This document shows, piece by piece, positions 13,061 through 25,700 of a DNA stretch of 64,000 nt. Made by a program: the position numbers and the translations under genes. Location: NCBI RefSeq assembly GCF_036321535.1, contig NC_087437.1, positions 109,430,001-109,494,000 of the forward strand, given 5' to 3'. The notes beneath the pieces are model-generated. The model worked only from the letters and a program-made list of their open reading frames with translations. It searched no databases and had not been told where the DNA came from. Numbering within the stretch: the first letter of the stretch is position 1; each line of letters opens with the position of its first letter. The DNA comes from Camelus dromedarius (Eukaryota).

Positions 13061-13550
13061 TTTTATTTACTTTGAATGAATAACATATTCACATGGTTCA
13101 AAATTCAGAAGACACCAAAGGCATAGAGGGAAATGTTTTTCCTACACCGTTATCCATTACCCTACCAATTAAGCCCTGTAAGCAAACAACGGGGCCCTTG
13201 ACCTTCTTTTTGAAAAACAGTATATTATAGAGATTATTACGCATCTTACCTTTTTTAAAGCTTAAAAATAAATCCTGCTATGTCAGTATAAAAGGAGCCC
13301 CTTCAATTGTTTTATTGCATGAATAGAACATAATACGTTCAGTCTTCTGTTGATAGATGTTAGGTTTTTTCCAAAGTATTGCTATCACAAAGAATACTGG
13401 AATCAATAACCTTGTCCAAATTTCTTTTTGCATGTATGAACACATGTGAAGCATATTTCTAGAAGTGTGATTACTAGGTCAAAGGATAAATGCATCTGCA
13501 TTTCTAAGAGATATTGACAAACTGCCCTCCACAAAGGTTGCTCTCTCATG
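13061..13550 (-). mobile_element. L1ME-like 3' end
   Basis: catattcacatggttcaaaattc...ctagaagtgtgattactaggtcaaagg...gatattgacaaactgccctcc. Confidence 0.7.
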
Positions 13551-14040
13551 TAGTAGTTGTCTTATTTTGTACTAATTGTTTAGTCATAGTTTTGTTTTGT
13601 AGTTGTTTATTCTACCAATAATAAATGAAAATGTCTACTTCCATCACCCCATACATGTGCAGTGTGGGTTATTTGGTAGTATTGAATTTTTACCTAGGTT
13701 ATTTTAAAATCTCATTAAATAATTAAATAGCAGCTATTTTTCTTTGAAAACTCAGAGATTTATGAGCTATGGGACACTTCTATTTAATGAAACATTCCAG
13801 ACATAAGAAATCTCTTGGGTTTTTCATTTTAATTTAAATATGCACTCATTTTAGTATCTTTAGTAGTTTCTTTGTCTGCTTTTAATATAAGATGTATAGA
13901 TGTAAAGATTAAGTTAAATATAGACTGTCCATTACTTGATTCACACTCTCTCACAGATTTAGTACATTGTTTCTAATAATGCCTTAAATGTTTCAAATTT
14001 TGTGAGTTTCAACTCTAAGATTTAGATATGTTTTAGCAAA

Positions 14041-14273
14041 NNNNNNNNNNNNNNNNNNNNNNNNNNNNNNNNNNNNNNNNNNNNNNNNNNNNNNNNNNNN
14101 NNNNNNNNNNNNNNNNNNNNNNNNNNNNNNNNNNNNNNNNNNNNNNNNNNNNNNNNNNNNNNNNNNNNNNNNNNNNNNNNNNNNNNNNNNNNNNNNNNNN
14201 NNNNNNNNNNNNNNNNNNNNNNNNNNNNNNNNNNNNNNNNNNNNNNNNNNNNNNNNNNNNNNNNNNNNNNNNN
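14041..14273. other. Assembly gap, 233 N
   Basis: Run of N. Confidence 1.
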
Positions 14274-14859
14274 TCTTCCCAAGTTGCCTGATTTTACCTC
14301 AAATGGTACTTTGCATCTCATGAGCAGAATATGGGAAGTTTCACGTAGAAAAAAAGTAACAAACAAGTCCTAAAATAAATCCTACTCAGGACAAATCAGT
14401 AATTAGCTTATGGCTTTAGTAATTATTATCAAAATTGCAACAAAACAAACATGGGATGTATAGTAAAGTTAGAAACAATTGGCAATGATTCCCTCTGACA
14501 TGAAGTTTTTCTATAGTGCATTTTAAGGTGTGTAATCATATTTTTAAAAATTCTTCCTGAAAAAGCATTGGTAGCATAACCATTTTATAAAGAGAGCCTT
14601 ACCTAAATACTTTGGTCAGAAGGCCCTAGTTATTCAATAGCTTAGAATTAACTTTGGGGATTTATTTTCAGTTTTTAAAAATTACTTAATTTAATATTAT
14701 TTTATTTTGGTTTCAAGGGATATCGTATCTCTGCAAAGTGCACTCTTTTAGTGTTGACTCTCTATATTCTGCACAGCCACCTCCACTTCAAGACAAGAAC
14801 ATTTCCTATTCTTTTTAGTGTCCTGTGCCCCTTTCCAGTTTATATCACCCTATCCCAGA

Positions 14860-14997
14860 NNNNNNNNNNNNNNNNNNNNNNNNNNNNNNNNNNNNNNNNN
14901 NNNNNNNNNNNNNNNNNNNNNNNNNNNNNNNNNNNNNNNNNNNNNNNNNNNNNNNNNNNNNNNNNNNNNNNNNNNNNNNNNNNNNNNNNNNNNNNNN
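14860..14997. other. Assembly gap, 138 N, probably the missing end of the adjacent MLT1 LTR
   Basis: Run of N; length is similar to the MLT1 segment expected before ctctgactgctctaaggg. Confidence 0.9.
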
Positions 14998-15322
14998 CTC
15001 TGACTGCTCTAAGGGAGGAAATGTCCTTGCCTCTTCTAGTCTCTGGTGTCTGTAGGCATTCTTTGGCTTGTGCCCGCATCACCCCAATCTCTGCCTTCAT
15101 CTTTACATGGCCTGTTTCTCTCTGTGTCTCTCCCCTGAGTGTCTCTTCTGTGGACACTTGCCATTGAATTTAGAGCCCATTTGGAACATTCAAGAGAAAT
15201 CTCATCTCAAGATCTTTAATTATATTTGTAAAGACCCTTTTCCCCTAAAAAACGTCACATTCACAGATCCTGGGGCTTAGGGTATAAAAATATTTGGGGG
15301 GAGTGCACCTTCAACTCTACTA
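14998..15322 (-). mobile_element. MaLR solo LTR, MLT1C/D-like
   Basis: ccttgcctcttctagtctctggtg...catcaccccaatctctgccttcatctttacatgg...gtcacattcacag...tttgggggg is antisense MLT1. Confidence 0.85.
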
Positions 15323-16569
15323 CCCTCCTATTTCAAATTCTATCAGTATAGTTAAATTGTGCCTGTAAAAGTATGGAATCATAGTCATCCCCATCTCAGT
15401 GCCTGCTGTAGAAAAAAGATGTCTGGGAAGTCTCTACAGTTAACCTAGTTCCTTTCAAAAGAGCAGAGGGCCTGGACAGAACATCAATGATTCTGTTTGT
15501 CCGTGGATGATAAAATCTGGCAACTTCTGCAAAGTACTTACCAGTCCAGTTTTCCCATGTAGCATATCCTACAGCAAAATCCTACTTTTGATCTAGGAAT
15601 TTTAACTTGAGATTCCTCAGTTCTAGGAGAAGCACAGTATAGGAACTGAACCCATTCCTGCTAAACTCTCACGTAAGAGTGCCTCTGAAGGAACCAACTG
15701 AGGTATAGGTTTGCTTTAAATGATAATATCCTCAAAGTCACAAATGTAAAGAGACTCTTTCATAGCTCCAGAATCAGCCCTTTTCATTCACCTGAGATTC
15801 ATTGTAATGCATTTGTTTCCTGCTCTTTAATGAATGGATATTGCTGCCCTAAAATTTAAATTTCGTTTCAAATACATATTTATGATATCATTGTCTGTGC
15901 TCAAGCAGGCGATTTTAAGATGATCTATAAGTATAGCCATGCAAATTCACTGCTCAAATGAATTCTGCCAAGATAGTTCTCATTAATCTTGGGAACACTG
16001 CAGATGCGTTTATTAATACAGAAGACTTTGTGTTAGAATGTCATGATCCTTCTGACATATTAAGCCATTTTTAATTTGCTCTTATCATCCAAAGCCCCTC
16101 TTTTTCAAAGATATCAGATAAATCTAGGGTGTTAAGCAACATAGAGTTATTTGGGGGTGCAAGGGAGAGTGAGAGGAGTTATTAATGTTAAGCAAATGCC
16201 TATGTAATTTTCAAAGGATCCAGGCGCCACCACAAATGAGAAGATCCGTGGAGTATCTAGGGGGAAGATAATTTCCTGTTTATTTAATTGATCCTCTGTT
16301 ACTTTTCTCTTGGCAGGTATAGCTCACTCATGGAATGTGCACAGTGCAATCATTATTGGAAATGTCAGTGTGACATTTGATTAATCCAGTCTGTTCAGAT
16401 TTGGAACGCAAGTCATGTATTTATTCTAACAACATAATTAATTACTATTCTTCCTTTTTGTTTACATTGTATTTAGAGATTCCCTTGACATTGCCATCTT
16501 TCACCTATAGGTGCATTATATTTCTCTGCAGGTTGGTCCATTCCACGGGTCCAGCAAGCCCAGAAGTTT

Positions 16570-17520
16570 TGGAGTGGGAACATGCCTAGCATAGAGCCCA
16601 AGGAGTCTAGTGAGCACAGGTGAGATGGGATGGAGGTAACTCTGAGAGCTGGTGGAAGTCAGATCATGTAGGGCTTCGTAGACCACTGAAAAGCACTAGG
16701 TTTTACTGTGAGTGAATTAGAAAGCCACTGGAAGTGGCCATGTTAAACTTAACCTGAGTCTTATGCTCCTGGAAATTAGCAGCAATTCAAGAAACCCCCC
16801 TGACCTTTGTATTCCAGGAAATGGCTTACGGCTACCGCTCTCCCCCCATGATTTGGAGAAGACTTAGGGATGATGTCCTTGTTTACTTAGGGCAAGGCCA
16901 GATACTGACCCTCCCCACTCCCATCTCTTGTCTCATAAATGAGTAGCTGAATTATCTGTCATCTCTGACCGATTGGAGCAGAATGCCTGTTGACTTGACC
17001 AAACTTTAGTTAATTTTCTCTCTTTATCAAATAATTCTGAAGTGGGCTCACCCCTAAGGTTGAAGAAATGTTAGAATTCAAAACAACCCCTCCTTGCTGA
17101 CGTCTCATGAAGACTGCCCACAAGGAAAGACATCTCCTATTGAACTGTCCCATCAACCCACATGATCATCCCATTTCCCCACACCTGCTTCTTTCCAGCC
17201 TGATTTACTCCTCTCCATAGAAGAAAATCCTTTTTCTTTGACTTTGATTTGTTTGCATATCTCATGGTCTGGACTTTCTTCCTGTTGCAATAGCTCCCCT
17301 CCACCTATAGCAGGAGCTCTCTTCCTTTATGGCAATATTCGTTTTGAAAACAGCTTCTCCTTAAGTCTAGATTTGTTTTTTATTTGACGGAGGTTTTGAG
17401 CAGAGGAGGGATGTGGACACTGGAGGTTTATGAATAAAGGACTCAATCTGGTGCTGAGTAAAGAAAAGCATGTAGAAATGTGTAGAAAAACAAGGGAGTT
17501 GGTGGTGAGATTAGTATTTA
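16570..17520 (-). mobile_element. L2 fragment split by an LTR insertion
   Basis: gtcagatcatgtagggcttcgtagaccac...aagccactggaag [LTR] gaggttttgagcagagg; the L2 text resumes in register after the LTR. Confidence 0.7.
16735..17389 (+). mobile_element. ERV1-class solo LTR (MER31/MER67-like group)
   Basis: Starts TG, ends ttttatttgac(g); contains cttgaccaaactttag; flanked by 4-bp GAAG (16731-16734) and GAGG (17390-17393), consistent with an ERV1 TSD. Confidence 0.7.
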
Positions 17521-17789
17521 TCTGACAAGGAACTTTGAGAGCTTGATCATAAAATCCCCACATAATTTGATAAGAACTGGTCCTGCCCACAGGTTATCTT
17601 TGGTCCTCAAAAATTAAGTCTTTGTGAAGCTCATGGTTTCATGAAGATTGCTGGGTGGAGCAGGCAAGCTGGGTGACATGCTCAGATAAGTCCCCTTTTG
17701 CCATATTTGAGATTGGCATTATCAGTGGGAAAGGCCAGGTGTAAGTTAAGATGCAAATCATGATGAATGTCCAGTTTAGGAGATTCATC

Positions 17790-18290
17790 TTATTCATCAC
17801 TTTATTTACTCAACAAATATTTAGTAGATGCCTCTTACAGATTCCAGGTTCTAAGGAATTGTAGTGAAAGAAGAACCATCCCTTTGGGGGATTTGTCCTC
17901 TAGCCAGGGGACATGGAATCTAAATAACTAATCAGTTTAAATGAGATGCAGATAATGGTAGGAAGGAAGTAAACAGTTACAGAATAATGTCTGAGGAGGA
18001 TGGGGGCCAAGTTTAAATTGGTTGGTCTGGGGAGGTCTCTCTGTGTAGGTGACACTGGAGCTGAGAAGCAGCTGGAATAGTTAGTGGGAAAGTCTAGAGG
18101 CGCCAAGAATTGAGTACAATCTAGGAATAGGATGCAGGTCATTGTGGAGATCTGGAGAAAAATGTGATCTGAGCTCTGGTCAAACAGAGGAGCTGAGTCC
18201 AGAGCCTGTGGGACCTTGCAGGACATGGAAAGGAGATGAAATTTTGTTCCAAGTGTGATAGAAAGCCAGAAAAATCTGTGAGTCATTGAT
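17790..18290 (-). mobile_element. L2 3' fragment
   Basis: actcaacaaatatttagtagatgcc at the left end, followed by purine-rich L2 antisense body. Confidence 0.7.
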
Positions 18291-18354
18291 GCTGGAGTCT
18301 CCTTTTCCTACTAGAATTTTCCCTGCCTATGTCTGCTCCTAGTAGCAGAAAGGG

Positions 18355-19145
18355 AAAAGGAGGAGCAGGGAAATTAAACCCTTGTCAGTCCCATCTTTTG
18401 CACTCCTGGGCATATATGCAGAGGGAACCTTAATTCAAAAAGATACATGCACCNNNNNNNNNNNNNNNNNNNNNNNNNNNNNNNNNNNNNNNNNNNNNNN
18501 NNNNNNNNNNNNNNNNNNNNNNNNNNNNNNNNNNNNNNNNNNNNNNNNNNNNNNNNNNNNNNNNNNNNNNNNNNNNNNNNNNNNNNNNNNNNNNNNNNNN
18601 NNNNNNNNNNNNNNNNNNNNNNNNNNNNNNNNNNNNNNNNNNNNNNNNNNNNNNNNNNNNNNNNNNNNNNNNNNNNNNNNNNNNNNNNNNNNNNNNNNNN
18701 NNNNNNNNNNNNNNAACTTATTTATAAAATACAAACAGACTCACAGACATAGAAAACAAGCTTATGACTACCAGGGAGGAAGTGGGTGGGATGGGATAAA
18801 TTAAGAGTTTAAGATTTGCAGATATTAACTCATATATATATATACACACACATATATATATGTTTATATATATATATATATAATTGGTATATATATATAT
18901 ATAATTGGTAAACAACGAGTTCATACTGCATAGCACAGGGAACTATATTCAGTATCTTGTAGTAACTTATGGCAAAAAGAATATGAAAATGAATATATGT
19001 ATGTTCATGTTTGACTGAAGCATTATGCTGTACACCAGAAATTGACACAACATTGTAAACTGACTATACTTTAATAAATGTATATTGGAAAAAAATTTTT
19101 AAAATAAATAAATAAATAAAATTAAAAAAAAAGAAGGAGCAAGGA
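18355..19145 (+). mobile_element. Camelid L1 3' end with 5' inversion, 17-bp TSD and A-rich tail
   Basis: Forward part encodes LLGIYAEGTLIQKDTCT (ORF2 C-terminal region) then the 3'UTR; 18368-18401 is antisense ORF2 (AKDGTDKGLIS). TSDs aaaaggaggagcaggga (18355-18371) and aaaagaaggagcaagga (19129-19145) match 15/17. Confidence 0.9.
18454..18714. other. Assembly gap, 261 N, inside the L1
   Basis: Run of N between gatacatgcacc and aacttatttataaaatac; length is close to the L1 segment expected there. Confidence 0.95.
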
Positions 19146-21169
19146 GTCTTTTTTGGTAGCAACAACTGGAAAAAGAACACTGTTTTACATGAATGGAGGA
19201 GTTATTGTGGTTAGTATTACAACTCCTGTTGAGTTCCAGCATAGATCCTCCAGACTGAGCTTTATGCACATACAAGGGAGGGATGAAAGAAGAAAGGGAA
19301 AGGTGGAGAGAGAGAAAAGGAGAGGGGAAAGGAGAAGAAATAATTTAAATAACACCGTTTAGATAATTCAATGAGCTTGAAAGAGTAAATGCATAATGTT
19401 GATTTGACCCTTTGGCGAAAAAGAAAATGCCAAGGATTTTAATGAATTCTCAGCCTTGGCAAAGAAGGATTCTTCAGGTGGGTAGGTAATTGATTAGTGA
19501 TGATTTTGTATTCGTCTAGTAAAAGTAGTTGAAAATCCTGGAGAAATATTGACTAATAAAGAGTGAGGCTGGTAAAACACCATAGAGGAGAGGATGAAGA
19601 TGACCATAAATAGGGAAAAACTGACAAGCTGAAATTTTGATATATTTGTTGAAATGTTTCAACCAGAAAACTCTTAAATAAATACAATTCTGAATATCAG
19701 CTCTCTCCATAAAACTATACATAGTTCTATAAATTTAATATTTACATATAACATTAATGGACTGGGTTGCATATTATAAAATTATATATTTGGGACTTTT
19801 GGGGCCATTTATAGGATTTTTTTCAACTGACTATATACAATTTTTGCTTTATGCTTAAGAATTTAATTCCCAGATCTAAGAATATAATTCCCATAAATTG
19901 AAACTGTTGATTTATAACATTGTTGATAGGAAAAAATAGGTTTCAGGTTTTAATAAAATAATTTACAAATAAATTTTAGAATTTGACTCATTTGTAAATT
20001 GGAAACCAACTTATACGTATGTTATATATTTGTAATATGTATTTACTATAAATTCTAATATATAGTTATATTTGGCTTGGGTAGACACAATTTTTGAGTT
20101 TATTGGAATAAAAGGCTTTTTTCCCTTTGTTCCATCTGCAAAAGAAGGAAAGGATCCCTATGGTTGCCAGGATTATATGAAACATGGCAGAGTTATGAAG
20201 TCGGTGTTAGGTAAGTGCTCATGATCACCATTATTTGAAATTTCTTATAGGCAAGGTGAGAAAATTACCTCTTGAAGGTGCATTTACTCTTTAAGGGCAC
20301 TGGTTTGTCATTCCCCAACATTACGAAGTAATTTCCTAAAAAGCACAGCCCTCTCAACATGTGAAATCCTAGAGCATCACTAAAAGCAAGTTCTGCCCCA
20401 AGTACACAGTAGGCACTCCATAAATGTATGTTGAATGGATACAATTTGGGCAGCTGGTGGTGATAATTATGATTTAACTGTAACCAAAATGTCCATTATG
20501 GTTAATTATATTTGTCTGCTCTGAAATGTTCCCTTTTCTTGGCTTAATGCAACATTATGCATAGACTTCCAAAGGCATCACACAGACTCCCTGCTACGGT
20601 TCTAGTACATGTTGCAAAGCATATCCATTCCTATTCATGATGTGTCTCAGTATGAAAGTGACAGGACAAATGTAAACAACCTCATTAGCAAGCAGCTACT
20701 AGACTTTAAATTTATAGCATAAAGAGTAATTGTTGTACTGGGGAGAAAATAATATGTCCTTTTTTATTTTTAATGTTTTGTTAGTTTATGGGTAGAATAA
20801 TTTCTCCTTTTGTCTCAGGAGCACTTAGTGTAATCAAACCTACTTAATGTCACTATTTCTTATTATTCTACATCAATTAATGCACTTCCATTGTTTGTGA
20901 GCACATCCAGTTCTCTCCCTTCTACTCAGGTTGTAAATGAAAGCTGGTCCATGTAAATGGCCCAGAAAAACAACACACAGAGGCATGTTAGAGGGCAATT
21001 ATCCTTTATATATACACATAACCACATCATTGTACTTGGACCTAGCAAGCGATGCAACATAGGGGGTCAGCAAAATTGAGCCCGATGGCATGACCACAAG
21101 GCTATTGCTCGTGCGTATCCCTGACAGGCACATCTTTGTGCATGTGTGAGTTGCAATTATACTACTGTT

Positions 21170-21283
21170 TAGGGCCACAGCCTTGGACAGCCCCAGGGGG
21201 CAGCCCCTCACAGTATAGCCCGTACGAATGGTTGCCTCTGGAGTTCTACAGTGCACAGCCTGGAGAACTACATGTTAGCCCTG
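21170..21283. mobile_element. hAT-Tip100 MITE, MER91A-like
   Basis: agggcc...ccccagggggcagcc...gaatggttgcctctggagttctacagtgcacagcct...gccctg; decayed internal palindrome typical of MER91A. Confidence 0.7.
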
Positions 21284-22262
21284 CTATAGATAACGCCCTC
21301 GGGTATTTTCACTGGGGAATGGCTCTTCTCCCTCTCTCTCCTAATTCTTCTTACGTTCCTCCTGGTTCTCTTCCTCCTCCTTCCTCCCTGTTTGTTTCCC
21401 CCTCCCCTATTAGATACAGAAGATGACGGAGAAAGACAAATTGAGAAAGGGAAGAAGACTTCTCCTACTGGAAGGGAGCTAGCCTAATAATTTAATCATT
21501 CACTGGACAGATAAATAATTCAGAATAACTAGAAAGGGTTAAGGGAGCGCCAATGAATTAGCTGAAACAAAAAATAAAAGTTTTAAAACCATTGCTTTTA
21601 AATAAACACAACAAATGGAGGCTTAGGCAATTTTACCTATAGCTGTCCTCAGCTGACTTGTTTTGCATTATACATGCACAATTCACATGTAATTGTCTGT
21701 AAAAACGGGTGTATTCTTAGAAAATTCAAACATCCCACACACTTTGTTAATCTTCTTCACAAATTTTGTCCTAATGGAAGACAAAAAAGTCCTCTTTAGT
21801 GTGGCTCTGTCCAAAGTATGACAATTATTGGAATGCAAGTTCATGTAGAACATATTTAAAAAAAAAAAAAAGACCCAATGAGAATAGAAAGACAGTGTTT
21901 TATAGTGAGAAGACAACAACAAAGTTTGTTTTTGTCTTCCAAAGTGACCTGGATTAATCATTTAATCTTCAGAAGCATTAGACTTCTGTTTGGTAAAAAT
22001 AGATACAATTATACCTCCTTTTATTTTTTTTTAATATCCCAGAGATCTTATAAGACTCAAATGAGACGATATATATGAAAATGATTTTAAAAACAGCCTG
22101 TAGCTCTCTATCAGAATTTAGTACACAGAAATCATAATTACTATTAAATTAATGGAACAACATGTATTTTTAAAGATAAATTTAAAAAACCTTACTCCAA
22201 CAACACTACATTAAAATTCAAATCTGTATATGTTCTTAATTAGAGAGTCATTATCCAATTAA

Positions 22263-22441
22263 ATTTTTTTTTTTTGTTAAAGTATAGTTGATTTGCAATG
22301 TGTTAGTTTCTGGTGTACAGAATAGTGGTTCAGTTATACTTATTTACCTATTATTTTCCGTATTATTTTCCATTATCATTTATTATAAGATATTGAATAT
22401 AGTTCCCTGTGCTAAACTGTAGGACCTTGTTGTTTATCTGT
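22263..22441 (-). mobile_element. Older cetartiodactyl L1 3' end
   Basis: polyT then aaagtatagttgatttgcaatgtgttagtttctggtgtacag...gaatatagttccctgtgctaaactgtaggaccttgttgtttatc. Confidence 0.85.
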
Positions 22442-22673
22442 CATTTTTTAAAGCCAAGGAATGTTTTCACAAACTTGAAATACTATCTGAGGAAGTCATT
22501 TTGGGTTCAGTTACAACTATTATTGTTCCATAATTGTCAAGCTTTGAAACATCATCATCATCACTGTTAAAAATGGAACCAGAATGTACCTAGTTCTTTG
22601 TGGATCTATGAATTAACCAGTGTGAGGGAACTTCTTTCTGGGCAGTTGGATAAAATGATTGTGTGTCAAGAAC

Positions 22674-22707
<34 letters not shown>

Positions 22708-25700
22708 CATGATTCTTTCAGAGACTGGGAAATGTGGTGGATTTACCAGGCTTTTGGGTTATTCTTTAATATTTTTCATGGGAAGCAAAGATCTTGAACA
22801 AAAAGAAATATGTGTCTAATGTAACGAATTAATTTGGTTACTGCTAATAATTCCATTTAAGTATCATGTCAAGAAAAAACTAATGAAAGAAGGCTTCCTC
22901 TGCATTCACTTTCTTGGAAGGATGACCATGTAAGTAATTTGTCATCTAAACCGAAACATGCTTGAGTGCTGGTAAAACAGAAATTAATTGGGGCATAAAT
23001 ACGTGCATTTTGTGATTGTGGTCCTATTTATTAAGGGATTTTATGCCAACACATACGCATGCATCTAGAATTTCAGAAATTGGGAAGTAAGTATCAGATT
23101 CTCAGTGGACTAAACAGTCTAGAAGAATTTAACCTGAGGGTGGTCACCACCTCCTAGTCTTCACTGTATTTCCAAGGTCTAGTGTCATTAGATCACTACA
23201 GGCCCCAATTAATGTCTATTTAATTGACAGAGAACCAATACAATTTGGAGGAAGACTGAAGTCTCCCCAGTCAACTTGGTGATAATGGACACAGATCAAC
23301 TTCATTCTATATTTTAAATCACTAATTTTCGTCCTTGAGAGAATTAAAATATGTATTTTAAATACATGTTCTAATATATATCATATAAGGTATTATAATT
23401 CTTTGTTGCTTTTATTTCGTATTTCACAAAACTGCATCTAAACTAGTATTAAAACAGAATCTAGCTAGTTCCTAATGTACTAGTGCAAAAGTAAACATTC
23501 TAGATACCAGGGCAGAAGGCGAATTTTTCTTAGTATCAGGAAGTCGGGTAGCCTACCATCAAGCTGCCAGCAAGAGAGTGAGTGTCATTACCTATGAAGA
23601 AAGAAGACGGAATAGAGTCCAGAAATATTCTGACCCTTCGTGCTGTGTGGGGAAAGGCAGGAATCATTTTCTTAAATCTGTATGAAAAATGTTTCCAGTA
23701 GAGTTTAGGAGGGCTCGAGGAAGCCACACAGAAGGCATCAGTGGCCATACAGTAATTGCTGTCAATCAAGTCTTTCCCACCAGGAGTTCTGAGATGGAGA
23801 ACTTGTCACACTTAAAAATGAATTTTTGGTTTGACAGACTGCCACCAGCAATAATAACACTTGGCTTTTGCCTTCCATTGATTATATTACAATTTATTTC
23901 TGGAGTATAGAGGTGGCCCTGTACACAGGAAGCCATGCATTATACATGCACACCTTCATTTTTCACTCACTGATAAATTTCTGCTTAGGTAAAGTAATTC
24001 CTTCATGTAGTCTCAGAACTGTTTTTAATTAGTCTATGACATCTGTGCAATTAGTTACATTTGTCAATATTCTAATAAAGTAGATTGCTGAACTTGCAAG
24101 GCAAGTAGGCTGAATTAATTGCTGATTTTTGATCAGTTTGAAAAGGACAGTCCCATTTGAAAGCAGTAGAATTCTAAATGAAAGGTAACACTCTGTGTGG
24201 ACTTATTCTCTTTTCCTTTAATAAACCTTTGCCTAGATCTCTTTTAGCAAAAAAAAAGTACAAGGTTTTCTTTCATTGGCGGAAGTTTCATCTTTCAATG
24301 TTCAGCCACCCCTTAAATATTGTCTCCTCTGAGTAGATAGTCTTGTGTAAACTTCATGAATTCCAGGTCTTCCTTTAGTATGATTCAAATTAAATCTGGT
24401 TTTCAGTTTGTTTCTTTTTAGTCCCAATGACTAAAATGTTGTCTTCATTTGCTTCTACACTCATGAGTTTCCAAAGTATTTTTAAAACAAATTATAGAAG
24501 GTAGATGGCATCTCTGCACCATGGTGAACCTTGAACACAGGTTGTAGGAAATGGACTGCATTTATTAAAAATCCTTTCCACCTACTGTCTTTTATAATAT
24601 ACTTGACTCTTTGTCTTGTATTGATCCAACTTCATAATAAGCTTTATTAGGTCTCCCCTTAGAATATCCAAGGATACTATTGCTGAAACTTTTTAGAAAA
24701 ACAGAAAGCATTGACTTAACTATATTCTCAATTTAGGTTTTCCTGGCAACTGCATAGAAAAGGCTAATAATAGCACTGATAAAATTTAACCCTATTAAAT
24801 TACCAAGATTATCTTTAATTCCTTCAATGTAAGTGATACTACGTAATTTAGTGTAATTTTAAATATGCTAGCTTTTTTTTTTCCTTACAACTGTATAGAT
24901 TAGAGCCATAAGCTGACTTAGACATTTAGGTTTTTCCTTCCCTAAAACTCTATAACTTACATGAATATGAGAACTCCAAAAGGCCCAGTGTTCCTGTTGT
25001 ATCACATTAAACTGAAGAACAAAAAGTGGGACAACAACCACAATGAATTAAAAAAAAACTCTCTACCCATCCCTTGAAGTTCTGGAGGAACTTTAGAGTG
25101 GCTCCAATGAATAAGCCACAGAAACTCTTTCTAAAGTCCCCTTTCTTCCCAGTTTCAATTCCCTAATACAACTCAGCATTTCCAGGGTCTTTTTGGTGTC
25201 TGGAATGCTTTTAATCTTCTCTCAAGTTCTAGAAACCGTGTATTCATTTCTTTAAGGCATTCATTAGCCAAAAAATATCATCCCAGGATGAAGCCGTCAT
25301 CTGACTGGTTTACTTTATTTGACTGTTGGTTTAATTTGATGCTGTGTTTGGTGGAGGTGAGAATGGGGGTTGAAGAGGAATTGAGGAGAAGTCTATTCCA
25401 TTTGTCCCTTTCTGACAATCTGCAAATGGAGGTAATTTCCAGAGAATACTATTTCAGAGAATACCTGAGTTCTATGAATATTGCCTGACATTGTCATATT
25501 CTGAGAACACGAGCAACCGTAGGGCACACCCCATCATCTATAATAAAGGTTATCAACCCCTTCCCCACATCAGGTGTATTACACAGAGAACTCATGCTTT
25601 TTCCTGTCCTGTTTTGTACAGGGATGTGCTAGCAAACCATGAGATTTGAGAATCTGTGTTGTTTTTCTTATCAGAAAAGTGAGGGGAAAAAAAACTGCAA

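Noticed and set aside
14022-15167. Long ORFs in the track around 14.0-15.2 kb (also 18382-18804 and 33577-33829)
   Set aside because: Artefacts of translating through N gaps; the flanks are MLT1 or L1 sequence.
16531-16619. Exon-like segment (ctgcag...CAG|GTGAGA) with one open frame
   Set aside because: Overlaps L2 antisense sequence, which often supplies such splice-like sites; peptide unrecognised.
20999-21426. Protein-like ORFs on both strands at 21.0-21.4 kb
   Set aside because: Largely explained by a MER91A-like MITE and a pyrimidine-rich low-complexity tract.
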